A stretch of 63,539 nt of DNA, counting the filler, from Gonapodya sp. JEL0774 (Eukaryota), in assembly GCA_027604505.1 (NCBI GenBank). It is 31 parts of 31 records of this genome, joined end to end, with 100 filler letters (N's around TTAATTAATTAA, not from the genome) between each part and the next. Parts side by side here need not be neighbours in the genome. Positions count along the whole stretch, not along the records: positions 28,864 to 30,819 come from JADIIX010002415.1; positions 30,920 to 32,872 come from JADIIX010002416.1; positions 32,973 to 34,925 come from JADIIX010002417.1; positions 35,026 to 36,978 come from JADIIX010002418.1; positions 37,079 to 39,027 come from JADIIX010002419.1; positions 39,128 to 41,075 come from JADIIX010002420.1; positions 41,176 to 43,120 come from JADIIX010002421.1; 24 more parts are not named here. One strand, written 5' to 3'. The translations under genes were made by a program, and so were the position numbers. A model generated the notes under the pieces. It was not told where the DNA came from and searched no databases. It saw only the letters and a list, made by a program, of their open reading frames with translations. Shown here piece by piece: positions 28,864 to 42,184 of this stretch. Positions within the stretch are counted from its first letter, which is position 1. The number at the start of each line of letters is the position of its first letter.

Positions 28864-30819
28864 ATGGTGCGTGGCTGGATAAAGGAGACAAAGGGGGTGA
28901 TGGCCAAGGGATGAGCCGAACCTGTTCGCTGGGTTGAGAAATCCGGTACTTTACAAAAGCATTTCTTGATTCTTCTTCACCTTGCGCAAGGAAGGAGAAG
29001 TGCGACACTCTCAAGATTGAAAACGAACTTCTTGCAAAGGCTCAGGCAAAATTCAGCCATGACAAGGTATGTCGTCTTCTTCTGTAACTGTCACGGTGGA
29101 AGCGATCTACCAATCCCTGCACGATTCCCCATGCACGATCATCTCTCTCCACAGCAAGATATTGTCGAATTCTTAAATCTCAAGGTCTCAGAACACGAAC
29201 GACAAATCGCGTCCCTCGAAGACCGCATCGAACGGCTCCTGACTGACCACTCCCACCAAGTCGAGAGACTCAAGGCTACCGCAGAGGACGCTGCTGAAGA
29301 GGCACGCAATGAAGCCGAGCGATTGAGTCACATGGTGGCGAAGCAGGAAAAGGAATTGGAGATGTTGAACGATTTCAAGAGGCGGAAGGGGGAGATGGAG
29401 CAAGAGGTCGAGGCCCTCAAGGCGCAGTTGGTGGAGAAGGAGAGGGCGTACAAGGAAGCTATTCATTCACTGGAGAGGAAAGTCTTGCAGGACAAAGTGA
29501 GTGTTTATCGGTGGGCTCTCAGTGTGGTTATCGTCAAACCTGTGCTCGCGACCCAACGACCGTCACACCCACGCCCCCTCACCCCCGTCAACCTTTCACA
29601 AGTCCCACCTCAAAAAGGAAATGCTCGCTAAAGTTGATACAGCGGTCACGTCCTTCCGTCGCATCGCTGACCAACAAATGGCCGACACCACGAAACGTGC
29701 CATTCGGGAGAACATGGCCGTCACATCCCAACTTCACAAAATGTCCGCCACGACCGCTGAACTCATTAGAGATAATGATGCATTGAAAGAAAAATGCGCG
29801 AAGATGAAGTTGGCTAACTCCTTGCTCCTCGAAACCGAATCCCAACTCGCCAAGAAAAACTACGCCGCTCAAAGGGTCATTGGCCTCCTCCGAGAGAAGA
29901 TCAAAGATTCTGACATGCTCCTCGAAGCGGCATTCGCCGAGCAAGATCGCAAAGAAGCACGTGCTCGTGAACTCGCCGAACGCAGGTTGAGCGCAATCCG
30001 CCAGGACGGCGAGTCGCGGTTGCGAACCATGGAGTATGCGAATCAAGACCTGCAAGAAGAGAACACGTGGCTCTCTGGGCGACTCAAAGAGGTCAAAAAG
30101 ACTTTACGAGACGTGTGGAACTGCCTCCAGTATCAGGAAGACTCTGTGATGTGGCAGTCCGAAGTGCGCAAGGCCATGGACCATTTAGCGTCCATGACGG
30201 AGTCTCAGCTTCTTCAAGTAGGAAACAATGACAAAGGGGCGGACGGCCCGATCATGGGGCCGAGCATGGACCGGATCGTGCCCACCGGCTGGAGTCCAGA
30301 AAGCTCGAGTGTTGGAACAGGCTCTCCCGGGAGCTCTGAGTCGTTCCGTCAGGCTACGGCGACCTCGGCAACCTCGTCGGCATCTCCCAACACAATATCG
30401 ACCTCTTCTGACGGACCATCCGTGCACACTTCGCAGCTCATTGAGCACATTTCGAAGCTCAAGGACCGTCAGGCCGCGTTTCCATCGGAGCTTTTGGATC
30501 AAGTGGAACAAGAGGCTGTCAGTGTTGGTAGCTCTACAGTGTCTTTTGAGGAGAAACCTGGCTCCGGCTCTGAAGGAGAGCTGGATGGAAGTGTGAATCA
30601 GAGTTTGGAGGGTGGGAACCAAGGTAGCACACAGGAATATACGGGAGAGGGTAGTGGAGGTGCAATTGTACAGGATTACTTCGCAGAAGAGTCGGGGGCT
30701 CTGCCTCAAGAGAGTAATGGTAGCAATGACTGGGAGCTCGGAAACCAGCAGACATCGGGTGAGGACGAGTGTGGCCCTGTGGACACCATGGGGGAGGATA
30801 CAACCAGTCGATCGTCTAC
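28864..30819 (+). CDS. CFAP157: Cilia- and flagella-associated protein 157 with an acidic/Ser-rich tail, partial
   Basis: QDIVEFL, IHSLERKVLQDK|LKKEMLAKV...FRRIADQQMADTTKRAIREN. Confidence 0.8.
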
Positions 30820-30919
30820 NNNNNNNNNNNNNNNNNNNNNNNNNNNNNNNNNNNNNNNNNNNNTTAATTAATTAANNNNNNNNNNNNNNNNNNNNNNNNN
30901 NNNNNNNNNNNNNNNNNNN

Positions 30920-32767
30920 CGGTTTGCCAATTTCACTTCCGGTGCACTCTGTGTAGCTGTCGCGATTCACACTGCTGGCCTGGTACGTGCGATCTGATAA
31001 CCCCCGCGGCGGCATCAGCTCACCTTAATGTTTATTCCCGCTTACATCCAGCTTTCGTTGGTCATCATTGTCTTGGTCATGGCCCCAACTAAGCAGAGTG
31101 CATCGTTCGTCTTCACACAAGTCAACGACTACTACTCTGGCCAAGACAATCAAGGCTTTGCGATCCTTCTATCGTTCCTGATGCCCTGCTGGACATTTGT
31201 TGGTGCGTCAGGGTATTTGTCCCCTCTCAAAACCATCTCAGACCCTCACCATTCGATTCGTTAAGGTTACGACGCTTCCGCACACGTCTCTGAAGAGACC
31301 GTTGAGGCATTCAAACAAGCACCCAAGGGGATTGTGTACTCAATTGTCGCTAGTGGTACCGGTGGTCTTCTGATGATTTTAGGTACATTCGTCTTACTGT
31401 TGCGATCCCCATTATGATCCGCAAACAAATCATAACAATGCACCTCGATGCCACAGCTCTCCTTTTCAGCATTCAGGATGAGTTCAGTGTCCTGTCCTCA
31501 GTCTATCCCTCGACACTTATGCAGCTCTTCCTTGGTGAGAATGGGTTTCCTTGCTGCACCGTGCGAGTCCAAATCTCATTGTGAACCCGTGTTGCGATCG
31601 TCCTTCTTAAACTCTTTCTAGATGCTACCAATGGCAATCAAGCCGTGTCCTGCTACCTCATGTCCCTCATCATCGCCGCGAACTATTGTGCGGGTGCGAG
31701 CACAGTCATGGCGTGAGTTCTAGGTCATTTTTGGTCCAGCGTCTGATTAATGGATGCTCATTTTGTTCATTATGATTTACTTCCGTCTTTGAATCTCCTA
31801 ACCAATAAGTAACTCTCGTATGAGTGAGTTTGGGTCTGTCTTTCTACTTCCATTTGCTATTGATACTTAGCTCGCGTACGCGGTTGTCATCCTCTTCACA
31901 GTCTACGCATTTTCCCGTGACAAAGCCTTCGGTTTCAGCTTCTCCAGCTTCCTTTACTGGACTAGCCCGGGCAGCCAGCTCCCCATCAGGACTATCTGGT
32001 TCAGTGCGACACGTGAGCTTTTTTTGGGTGACGTTTACTGCCTTTTCAATTGGACACACCTTCAAATTAAAAAACTTCCTACCAACAGTGGCGAACTGCA
32101 TTCAAGCTATGGCTTTCGGAAACAGTACGGCCCTGTCGAGTGCAGCATCTATCAGTACCATTGGCTTAATGACTGCGGTAAGATTCGTATCGTGCTGTCA
32201 TCTTGAAGCATGGGTTTGTAACCAAATCCCACATTGTGCCTGTACGCATTACAGTACATTATCCCGATCTTCTGTCGTCTTACCTTCGCTCGCTCCACTT
32301 TCAAGAAGGGTGACTTCCACCTTGGCATATTCTCGGAGGTCATTGGCTGGATTGCATGCGTCTGGGGTACATTCTTGTTCGTCTTGCTCTGTTTGCCTTA
32401 GTGAGTATACACTCGTAACACTGCGATCCGAAAAGAATTCGCTTGATTGACAATTCGCACTTGGTGGACGTATTTTGTAACTTTCGGGTTGCTGATCCGC
32501 TTTGCAGCTCGTATCCTGTCACCGCCGCCAACATGAACTACGCATCCGTCATGATCGGCGGCATCACGTTCTTTGCTGTGAGCTATTGCTATTATGTTCG
32601 AAGCTAATACGAGTTACAGGGTTGTTGACTTTTTATATATTGTTCAGGCTGCCTTCTGGCTCTTCAGTGCCCGCCACTGGTTCCGCGGCCCCGTTCCTCG
32701 TGTTTCTGAGGAGGAGCTCCAGGCAATGGAGTCTTCCGTCGGTGCCAAAAAGGAAGAATTCGTGTAA
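30920..32767 (+). CDS. GABA/polyamine permease (APC superfamily, UGA4-like), 5' partial, many short exons
   Basis: WTFV|GYDASAHVSEET, ANSRMIYAFSRD, MNYASV, ARHWFRGP; stop TAA at 32765-32767. Confidence 0.9.
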
Positions 32768-32972
32768 ACCGGATTGTGGACAAGACCCATGATGTGGACA
32801 CAAGGATCTCGTACTGACTACATATTCCAATGTTTGAGCAATAATTTCTGTAATGAATTGCCACCTAAGTTCNNNNNNNNNNNNNNNNNNNNNNNNNNNN
32901 NNNNNNNNNNNNNNNNTTAATTAATTAANNNNNNNNNNNNNNNNNNNNNNNNNNNNNNNNNNNNNNNNNNNN

Positions 32973-34925
32973 GTCGTACTTTGATTTGCGTGCTATGGAG
33001 TGTGATGTGAAGAAGAGGCGTTCCGCTTCAAATCACGAGGTACAGTTGCCACAATTGTCAGGGAATGCAAGAGATACGAGCAGCGAGGCAAAATAGGAAC
33101 CTTTAGACGGATCCAGCTTCAAGAATACATCGCCCAGCATAGCTAGCGTAAGGGCTTTGACTTGGAGGGTTGTATCGGAGTGCTTGAGAGCCGTCGTGAG
33201 GTAGTTTCTTATGTAAGAGGAGGACAGACCGACATCGTTCATCAAAATAAATCAAAATCCGTGATAAGCGATCTCGACGTACTTAGCTTGTTGTAGCTTC
33301 TGAACTTCAGGTTGCGTGACCACCACTGCTTGTACGTAATGGAAGGCTCCTTGGTAATAATCAGGGGGTGGCTGGTGGCGGTAACCGTCAAGCTCCTTCT
33401 GTAACGCCTCCAAGATGATTTTTGCCTACAGTGAGCCAGCAAATGGACGAAGAATGTCTTTAGAATTCATCGTAAAATGTCAAAAAGCTCAACTACTACA
33501 ATACCGACCATTTCAAGATTTCGATCCTCTTTCCCACAGTAAATGAGGACCATATTCAACATTGCCGCAAATCTGATGTCACGATTTTCACTCGATGTCT
33601 GTGAAAGCGGGAGATCCGTGTGCAGAGACACCGTTTTCATAATTCGCACGGATGACAACAAAGAAACGATACCTTTCCAGCAGCTCCTTCGAGCCAAGGA
33701 ATTGCTTCCACGGAACGGCCTGTCGCTTGCAGAAAAGCCGCCACGTTAAGAGCTAAGGTGGTTTCCCAATCGGTTTGCACTTCCGGAACTTGCGCTACAT
33801 GTCGGCTTAGAACTTGGAGTAACTATTCGGGACGAACGGGGCACACCCACACTTGACAATCCAGAAGGCAGGACCTGAGGTGGGTGTACTTACCTCGTAA
33901 GCTTCATCATAGTCCATTTTGACGATGCAAGTCTCGAAAAGGTGTTGAAGAACAAGGAGCTTCATGTCGAAGAACCATCCCTGCGAATGGTACTTCGATA
34001 TGGCTGCTCCCAAGGAGCGCAGGTTGATCGATGATGTATGTACTACAGCCCAACGCAGTTTATCATTTCAGCTCACGATAGGAATTAGGCTCCCGAATAC
34101 GTTCAACTGCAAGGATCGGTTCAAAACAGTGAGAGTCTGCACCGATTGGCAGGCAAAGCCGCATGTTCACCTTCAATCTTTGCTATGGCGTCACCGAAAA
34201 ATCGCTTGGTTTTCGTTGGATCTGAACCTTTGCTAGCGAGGCCCGACAGAAATAGCACAAGAATTGATATTTGCCCGAGAGTGAGGAACTCCAGCCGGAA
34301 CTCTCCGGGTGGCTGAGCTGGGTTGCGCTGATGTAGCTTCGCCTTCATCAATCAGGCGAAGCTCCGTGAATAGGTAATGCACATAGATGTCCCGTAAACT
34401 CATACCGTGAAAACCCCGCTGGCATTCATGTCACCGTTTTGGGGCACTTCAACCGCAGTTTTGACAACGGATAGCCATTCCGCTGCGGTTTTCGAAGTCC
34501 CAATACTCGGAGGGTCCGCAGTCACCACGGTGGCGAACCATGCAGAGACAAGAGCGAGGAGGGTGTAAAGTTGTCGGTTCCGAACCATACCGTCAGGGCT
34601 GAGCGGAACGAATGCAGGTACAGGGAAGGGGTTATTTACTCGTGGCTTGAGATGAGATGTCACAGAGCCACGACTATCAGCTGGTGCGGACACAAGCGGA
34701 TCGGCTTCTGAGTCGATTTGATTTTGGCTGACGTGGTTTGTTGTGGGTTTGAACAAGGCTGTGGCTTCTCCAAGTGATTTAGAGCAGCTCTCAAAATCCC
34801 ATGTGATCAAAGAAGCGTAGGCATGGTAAATGAGAAACGAGGCCTGTGCATAAATGGCAAGTGGTCAACACTGGTGGGGAGAGATTCACTTCACCAAACA
34901 AGGTCTGTCAAGGAATCGTACCTCA
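32973..34925 (-). CDS. Probable cohesin loader subunit MAU2/Scc4 (TPR-like), partial
   Basis: Helical exons LVLFLSGLAS...KRFF, IRFAAMLNMVLIY, RNYLTTALKHS...LTLAMLGDVF resemble fungal cohesin loading factor. Confidence 0.5.
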
Positions 34926-35369
34926 NNNNNNNNNNNNNNNNNNNNNNNNNNNNNNNNNNNNNNNNNNNNTTAATTAATTAANNNNNNNNNNNNNNNNNNN
35001 NNNNNNNNNNNNNNNNNNNNNNNNNCATTTACGTCTCCCCTAAAATCGTGGCTAATGTACAAAAGCTAACTACGTAAATGACATGTGAACCGTGCGCACG
35101 TGAATACACTCTGTGAAACCCCACACTCCTCACTCGGCAACATGCCACGTCTCCCCGCCCTGGACATCTGGACGTTCACCCAGCTCTCATGATTCGAGTT
35201 GCTACGACACTAATCCCACCTGCGGGCGTGTGTCGGGGACGTTTCATCCGGGGTTTTCGGATATGGCTGTTTCCTTCATATCCTTCCATATCACTTGCCC
35301 TGTCAGGCTCCGCTGATCGGCGCTCACCACTCTCAGACAACCACCTCTCTGAATCGAAAGTGGACTACC

Positions 35370-36870
35370 ATGAGTGATTTGACACCCCCGAATGCTGACG
35401 GTTCAAATCAAGGTGAGCTGCCCAGAGGGCTGAGGCGATGGGCTCAAGCCCGCCTCGGCATTGGAAGGAGAAATCCGGTCAAGGTCACATGCGTGGGACG
35501 ATGCTCTGCTCTGTCGAGTAAGACCCGCTGTGATAGCCGCAGAGGAGAGTCGATGTACGAGCGAGTGCCACCTGGATTGCCCAGGAAAGGCCGCTCGACG
35601 CTTCACTCCTGGACATGATGCAGCGCTTGACGCCTGCCTACTGACCGGCTAGCATTCGACTTGAATCAATGCTAGAGGGATAGCATGGACTGTGTAGGCG
35701 GCATCAGAGTTACTCTGCCCACCCTCGTCCACTTCCCCATGAATTCTGAATCTTTTCCCGTCCATGTTGCTTCGCACAGTGAAGGAGACTTCTGTGCCGC
35801 TCTTGACGGATGAAGACCACGCAAATCAGATGCGTCATCTCAAGCAACAGTTAGAGCGAGAGGAGCTGGAGTTGCAGATCGAAGCCACCCGTCGCTGACG
35901 CAACCGCTCTATGTCAGACCCGGATGCCCGGCTTGACACTTACGCTGACAACACAAATGAACGCCGCCGCAATATGCGCCGAGCAATGTCAACCATGAGT
36001 ATGCACTCACAAGCATCAGGTTCAAGTGCTGGAAGCGCCCACACACCCGACACCTTCACACCTACCTCTGCCATGTCAGTACACTCAGATGAGGACGGAA
36101 TTCCAGACGTGCGACAGGGTGGTGTCATCTCTGACGACGAAGACGAGTCTGACTATGACGAGGAAGAGGATTTGGATTACTAGGATAATGACGGATCCTC
36201 TGCAGACTCTCCAGACTCCCTGTCTGAATCTGAACGTCACACCCTCGCAGCAAAACGCAAACGACGTGATGTGACCTCTGATGAAGACAACACTAAGCGA
36301 CCCCTCCGTCGTCGTAGAAAGAATGAATCCGCCTTTGCTCGTTTTGAGTCTGCACCTGCAAAACTTGCAGTTCACCCCAAAGTGTCAGAACATCTCCTGG
36401 GCCTTGACCGCCTGCACCATCTTAAGACCCCTTTCTCTACCGTTCCTTTAACAAACCTCACCCGTTATTCCCAAGAGTATGCCTTCCACAAAGAAGTCCA
36501 AACACTTAAGACTGCAACTACTGTGTTCAACGATGTCATAAAGGGCAGTCGGGATGTGGCCACCCTCGCCACTAATCTCAAGAGTCAACAGGCCAATCTG
36601 GACAACGCGGACGAGATGGCTCTGGTTGGATTTAAGGCCAATGTGCTCGCAGCGCATCTCTTGCAAGAACTAACAGATAAACTGGACGAAGATCAAGCGT
36701 TCCCCAACACCCTCATCACAGAGGTCAGGAATCAGCTGAAAGATACATATGACATTGACATCGATCAACCACCACCAAAGAAGGCAGTAAAAGCGGAAGT
36801 TGCAGTTCCTCCAGTGGACGGTGCGGAACCCCCAACAGAGGCATCCCCTGCACCAAAACCAGAGGACTAA
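35370..36870 (+). pseudogene. Unknown protein pseudogene (acidic and coiled-coil segments)
   Basis: One frame runs from about 35779 to 36870, broken only by TGA 35896-35898 and TAG 36181-36183; candidate first exon ATG 35370 ends at GTGAGC. Confidence 0.5.
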
Positions 36871-37078
36871 GCCATGACCTAGTGTGGCGGCTGGCATACA
36901 CCTAAAGCATCTACGAGTCGAGTCGAGTCGAGTTGAGCCCAGAGAAGTCGAGCTGAGCCAATTTTGGAGGTCCTCGAGNNNNNNNNNNNNNNNNNNNNNN
37001 NNNNNNNNNNNNNNNNNNNNNNTTAATTAATTAANNNNNNNNNNNNNNNNNNNNNNNNNNNNNNNNNNNNNNNNNNNN

Positions 37079-39027
37079 GCGGGCTCTCCCACTGGTGTAC
37101 CTGCTCCGTATGGTGGCTATCAGCAACAGCAACAACAACCGAGTCCCTACGGCGCTCCCGCACCGACTGCAGTTGGAGGCCCCCCTCAGCATGCTCAGTA
37201 TCCCAACGTTCCGTCCACCTTTGCCAGTCAGTCAAGTCTGACAAGTGTGAATAATGTAGCTGAATCTGTGGCCACGTTGAGTTTAGGTGGGGTGGTAGGT
37301 TACTCCGATACCTTGATATGGATCTCACCCGTCAGAACTGACTGTGGCACTTCGCACAGACCTCACAAATCCCCACAATCTCCGTCACAGCTGCTCAGCC
37401 ATTTGTCCAGGAACTTGAAGGATCGGCCGCCCCACCATGGATTTCCGCATCCGTCTGTTCTCGCGATGACTTGTTCATTTTCACCTCTTCGTTCTCACGC
37501 GTATCTCTCACTTACCCGCCAGGCCTCTGCCACCTCACATCCTCTCTCCATCCCTCCATCTATCTACAAAACGTGCACGCTCGGAGCGGCTCCAGCTACG
37601 CAGGCGATTCTGAACAAGAGCAAACTGCCCTTCGCCTTGGTCATCACACCATACCGGAAGACTCTGGAGGGAGAGGTGAGTTTCACGTGAAAAGGCTGAG
37701 AATTTCATTGCACTGAATATACCCGACATTGCACCAGCAACCGGTCCCGATCATCAATCCCGAAACTATTGTCCGGTGTCGACGGTGTCGGACATACATC
37801 AATCCTTGGGTGCAGTTTGTGGAACAAGGGACACGGTGGAGGTGTAATTTGTGCTATTTGAGTAATGAAGGTGAGTGGCATAAATATTCTCAAGGGACCC
37901 ATGGCCATATATACAGATTGTTCTCAACCCCGTTATAATGTCTGCACATCCCGTAGTACCGTCGTTCTATGACTGGGATGCTGAAACTCGTACATCGCTC
38001 GATCGCCTAAAACGTCACGAACTGACCCACGCCGTGGTGGAGTACGTTGCCCCCCAAGAGTACATGGTCCGACCACCACAGCCCTGTGTTTTCGTTTTCG
38101 TGATTGACGTGACGTATGCGGCGGTGCAGAACGGTGACTAGAGCTCTTCACGCTTGGCTCCAGAGAGTTTGGAGGTGCTCACGTCTCCGATAATTTTGTG
38201 TATGATGTGGATAGGAATGGTCGCGACAGCTGCGCGAACGATTTTGGACTCGTTGGACGGGTTGCCCAACGATGACAACCGAACAAAAGTTATGATCGTG
38301 ACGGTTGATCAGGCGTTGCACTTCTACTCGCTGAATGTGAGTCGGGCAGATGTTTTGGTTTGTCTTCATCGGGATTGAATGTAACCATCTCTGTGTCACC
38401 CACAGTCAGCCCAGTCAGAACCCCAGATGCTCGTCGTCTCAGACCTCGATGATCCATTCATCCCCCAACCGGAAGACCTCTTGATCAATCTTGGAGAGTC
38501 TCGGCCCCAGCTAGAAGCGCTGCTCGAGCGCCTTGGAGACATGTTCAAGAGCACCCAACAGACTCAAAACGCTTTGGGTGCCGCGCTCCAAGTTGTGTTC
38601 AAGCTTATAGTGAGTCGAATTAGAGACTTTTGAACTCATACGTCGTTTTAATAGTAATGATGATCTTCCCAGCAACCAATTGGTGGGAAAATTGTCATCC
38701 TTCAATCGAGCCTTCCTAGTGTAGGACCTGGAGCACTCAAGCCCCGCGAAGATCCCAAACTCCTTGGTACAGCGAAGGAAGTCACGCTCCTGAACCCCCA
38801 AAGTCCGTTTTACAAACAACTCGCTGTGGACTGTTCTAGGGCTCAGGTTGGGATGGATGTATTCGTATGCGGCGGACAGTACAATGATGTTGCAACATTG
38901 CGTGAGTTTCAAAGACTGTTTTATCCTCACGTTTTTGGGAAAACCACTGGCAACGGTCGGTATAACTTTGCAAAGATGGCTGCGCCAAACACACCGGTGG
39001 ATCAACCTTCTATTACCCCGGATTCAA
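37079..39027 (+). CDS. SEC24: COPII coat subunit Sec24, partial
   Basis: [80 protein letters not shown]. Confidence 0.95.
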
Positions 39028-39127
39028 NNNNNNNNNNNNNNNNNNNNNNNNNNNNNNNNNNNNNNNNNNNNTTAATTAATTAANNNNNNNNNNNNNNNNN
39101 NNNNNNNNNNNNNNNNNNNNNNNNNNN

Positions 39128-39990
39128 TTCTTACTGGGGGGATGCTACACAGGTCTGGTCTGGTGGAGTCCCGCTTACGCCAGCTCGTCATGCGACTTGA
39201 GGCCGTAGATAACATCGCCATTGCTCATCCATTTATCAAAGAGTTTACAGCATCTGGGCCGCGAGACGTTGCGGGAGGAGACGGGAAGGAAACACCCATT
39301 TTCTACCATTCCTACTTCTACATCGGCCTTCAAGTCAAACCCCGGGATGCAGATAATGGAGCAAAGCGACAACTTGACCTTTCATGGCCCGTCATGGAGT
39401 TTACCAAAATGCTCCGTAGTTGGGAGTCATACGATCCAACGAGCATGGATGTTGCTGTGGTAAATTTGAAGAGGTGCAGTCAATGCAGTTAAAATGACCT
39501 TATTTCTCGCGCAAGCTGAACTCGCTTGAATCGTGTTGATCTTCCCCTGATAGCTCTGATCTCCCTGACGATGTATTTGAAGAGGGACAAAACCGTCCCG
39601 CTCCTCGAAAGAAGCGGCAATTACAGGTATGTTCAGTCGTTTATGGGCTCTTCTGGGACTCATGAATCGCCTCTCCGGTAGCAGGAGGATCAATCGACTA
39701 ACGGGCTGGCCAAAACTGACGCTGACACCAAACGACGCAAGCACGAGGTGACTGTAGATGCCTCCATCCCTCCGGCCTCAATCAGCACTAACACAATTCT
39801 ATCCAAGGAGTTGAGTTCTTGTTACTATGCGTTCTCCCTGCTTTCTCTGAACTCGACACCTAATCTGAAGCAGTGTGCCCGCAGCAGCGCAAGTCATATC
39901 GACAAGCTTCACACCATGGGCTTCAATGACCCAAACACCGCAATTGCCGCGAAAAGTTCCTGAGATTAAGCTGGTTCGTGCGCCAGGTAT
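39128..39990 (+). CDS. PAP1: Canonical poly(A) polymerase, C-terminal RNA-binding domain (3' end approximate)
   Basis: SGLVESRLRQLVMRLE...AHPFIK, FYIGL, LDLSWPVMEF, LPDDVF. Confidence 0.85.
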
Positions 39991-40155
39991 GTGCTCTGCA
40001 TTCCGTCGAACTTTAGAGCGACCATCTTCACCCAGGCTTCAATTCCACTGCGTAAAGCCATTTAAATGATTGTGCAATTTTGGTATCATTAGCTAGCTCG
40101 GAAGTGTAACTTTGCAATAAAGTATATCGTGCGAATGTACCGAATTGCAAACTTG

Positions 40156-40761
40156 ATGTGGCACAGACTACGTTGGACTTCCACCATCCGTCGGGTTCAT
40201 CGGACGCGTCGCATCTCAGCAACATGGCAGTCCGACGGCAAATTCGACGACTCAGCGAGTCTATTATGGGGTGACTATAATGCTACTGGCTCAACCATGG
40301 AGAGTTTCTTGAAACAAAGTTTATTGGAAAGTAGCTCTCCAACGAGGGAGGTCAGGCAGTACAATGACTCCTCCGACCCCATTGAACTCCATCTCGGAGG
40401 AGTAACCGCAACTTATGATGGAGGAGAATGGCTAACCGGTAAGTTGACTGATTCCTTGAAAACTGTGACTCTGAAGTTCCTGAGTGATCACGTCATTTTT
40501 GTTTGTTTCAAGAGGAATCTAAGGAGCTAGCTGATCGTCTGAGTGAATCGGAAGAGCACATTCGAACACTGGAAGGGGAAAATCGCCTTTTGAAGTTGAA
40601 GCTTTCGATGGCATTGGATTTGGTACGTACATTTCTACCCTGTTCACAATAAAGATGTGAGCTGTTTGATGTCAAACACGTGTCAGATTGACCATGTCTA
40701 CTTCCCAAAGCTCGCCGCGACAAAATTGGATGCTTTGCGCCTAGAAGCATCCAGGAGCTGA
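40156..40761 (+). CDS. Chibby-family basal-body protein, 3 exons
   Basis: IELHLGGVTATYDGGEWL followed by coiled coil IRTLEGENRLLKLKLSMALDL|LAATKLD; stop TGA at 40759-40761. Confidence 0.7.
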
Positions 40762-41175
40762 CTACATAGTGACCAAGAGCTCCGACAAAGTTTGTGAAGT
40801 AGAGAGAAAAGAGTTTTGCTGGATTCGTATGCAACGCCGTACTCTACAATGTGACAGGAGAATGCGAAAGATTGCGGTTTTTTGAGGGTCTTCTCAGAAG
40901 CGCATACAATAACCACCACTGTGCCTCTTGTGGAAGAAATAATGATCATTCCAACAATCGATGTCCGGCGGGCATCAGCCAGCGAGGGAGAGCACGCTAT
41001 TAACGAGCTTTTTCGATCTCTGAAAATAATTGGTGACGTGATCTTGGTCACTGACAAGGCGTCACTTGAAACAAGNNNNNNNNNNNNNNNNNNNNNNNNN
41101 NNNNNNNNNNNNNNNNNNNTTAATTAATTAANNNNNNNNNNNNNNNNNNNNNNNNNNNNNNNNNNNNNNNNNNNN

Positions 41176-42095
41176 TCGGAAGTGTTTGCCACAGCCTCCG
41201 ACCAAATCAGAATCTGGAACGCAAGCACATCTAAAGAGCTTCTCCGCATTACTGTGCCAAATCTTGAGTGCAAATGCGTTGTGTTCAAGAAGGACGGAAG
41301 CAGTCTTGTCTCGGGCTGGACAGACGGAAAGATTCGTGCCTTCGGGCCTCAAAGTGGACGGCTTCAGTTCGAGATCAACGACGCCCACAAAGGAGGAGTT
41401 ACCACTTTGGCTGTGACAGACGCTTTCAGCTCGCAGGGCGACTACCGTATTGTGTCTGGTGGAAATGACGGGCAAGTCCGGGTTTGGAAAGTCACGAGAT
41501 CGGTTCAAACCTTGGAGCAATCTATGAAGGAGCACAAGGGCACTGTCACATGTATAAAAATCCGCCGCAACAATCTTGAATGCGTCAGCTCGAGTCAGGA
41601 TGGATCCTGCATCGTGTGGGATCTTACGAGGTTCGTCCGGAACCAAGTATTGTTCGCCCCGAGTTTCTTCAAGGCGGTAGTGTATTATCCTGACGAGTCT
41701 CAACTTTTGACAAGTGGAACAGATAGAAAGGTGGGTTCGCATGGCGTTGGTACGAGTGCTGGGTGTCAAGGTTTGCTCAACGTCGGTCGCCCGACAATCT
41801 CCGCCAGGTAGCCTATTGGGAAGCGTTCGATGGATCGCTGATTCGTGAAATTGAAGCTTCTCAAACGGACGCCATCAACGGCCTTGATATCTCCGCTGAC
41901 GGTCGTCATTTCGTTGTTGGGGGCTCGGACAAACTGGTAAAAGTGTATGGATACGAGGAAGGCACGGTCACAGCAGTCGGAGTTGGTCATTCAGCAGATA
42001 TACTTAAAGTACGAATCAGCCCAGATCAGAGGACCGTGATCACCGTCAGCGCGGAAGGCGCAGTCTACAGATGGCGAATGCCCGCCGCACAGTAG
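41176..42095 (+). CDS. CFAP52: WD40 protein CFAP52 (WDR16), 3' part
   Basis: ELLRITVPNL, SGWTDGKIRAFGPQSG, IVSGGNDGQVRVW, GTDRK|VAYWEAFDGSLIRE. Confidence 0.92.
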
Positions 42096-42184
42096 AGTTA
42101 TAATAATTGAAAGCGGAATTGTTTCAAGCGGAGTTCTTTCATCATAATTTGCTGTAAATATATGCACACGAATATTATTCGCTT

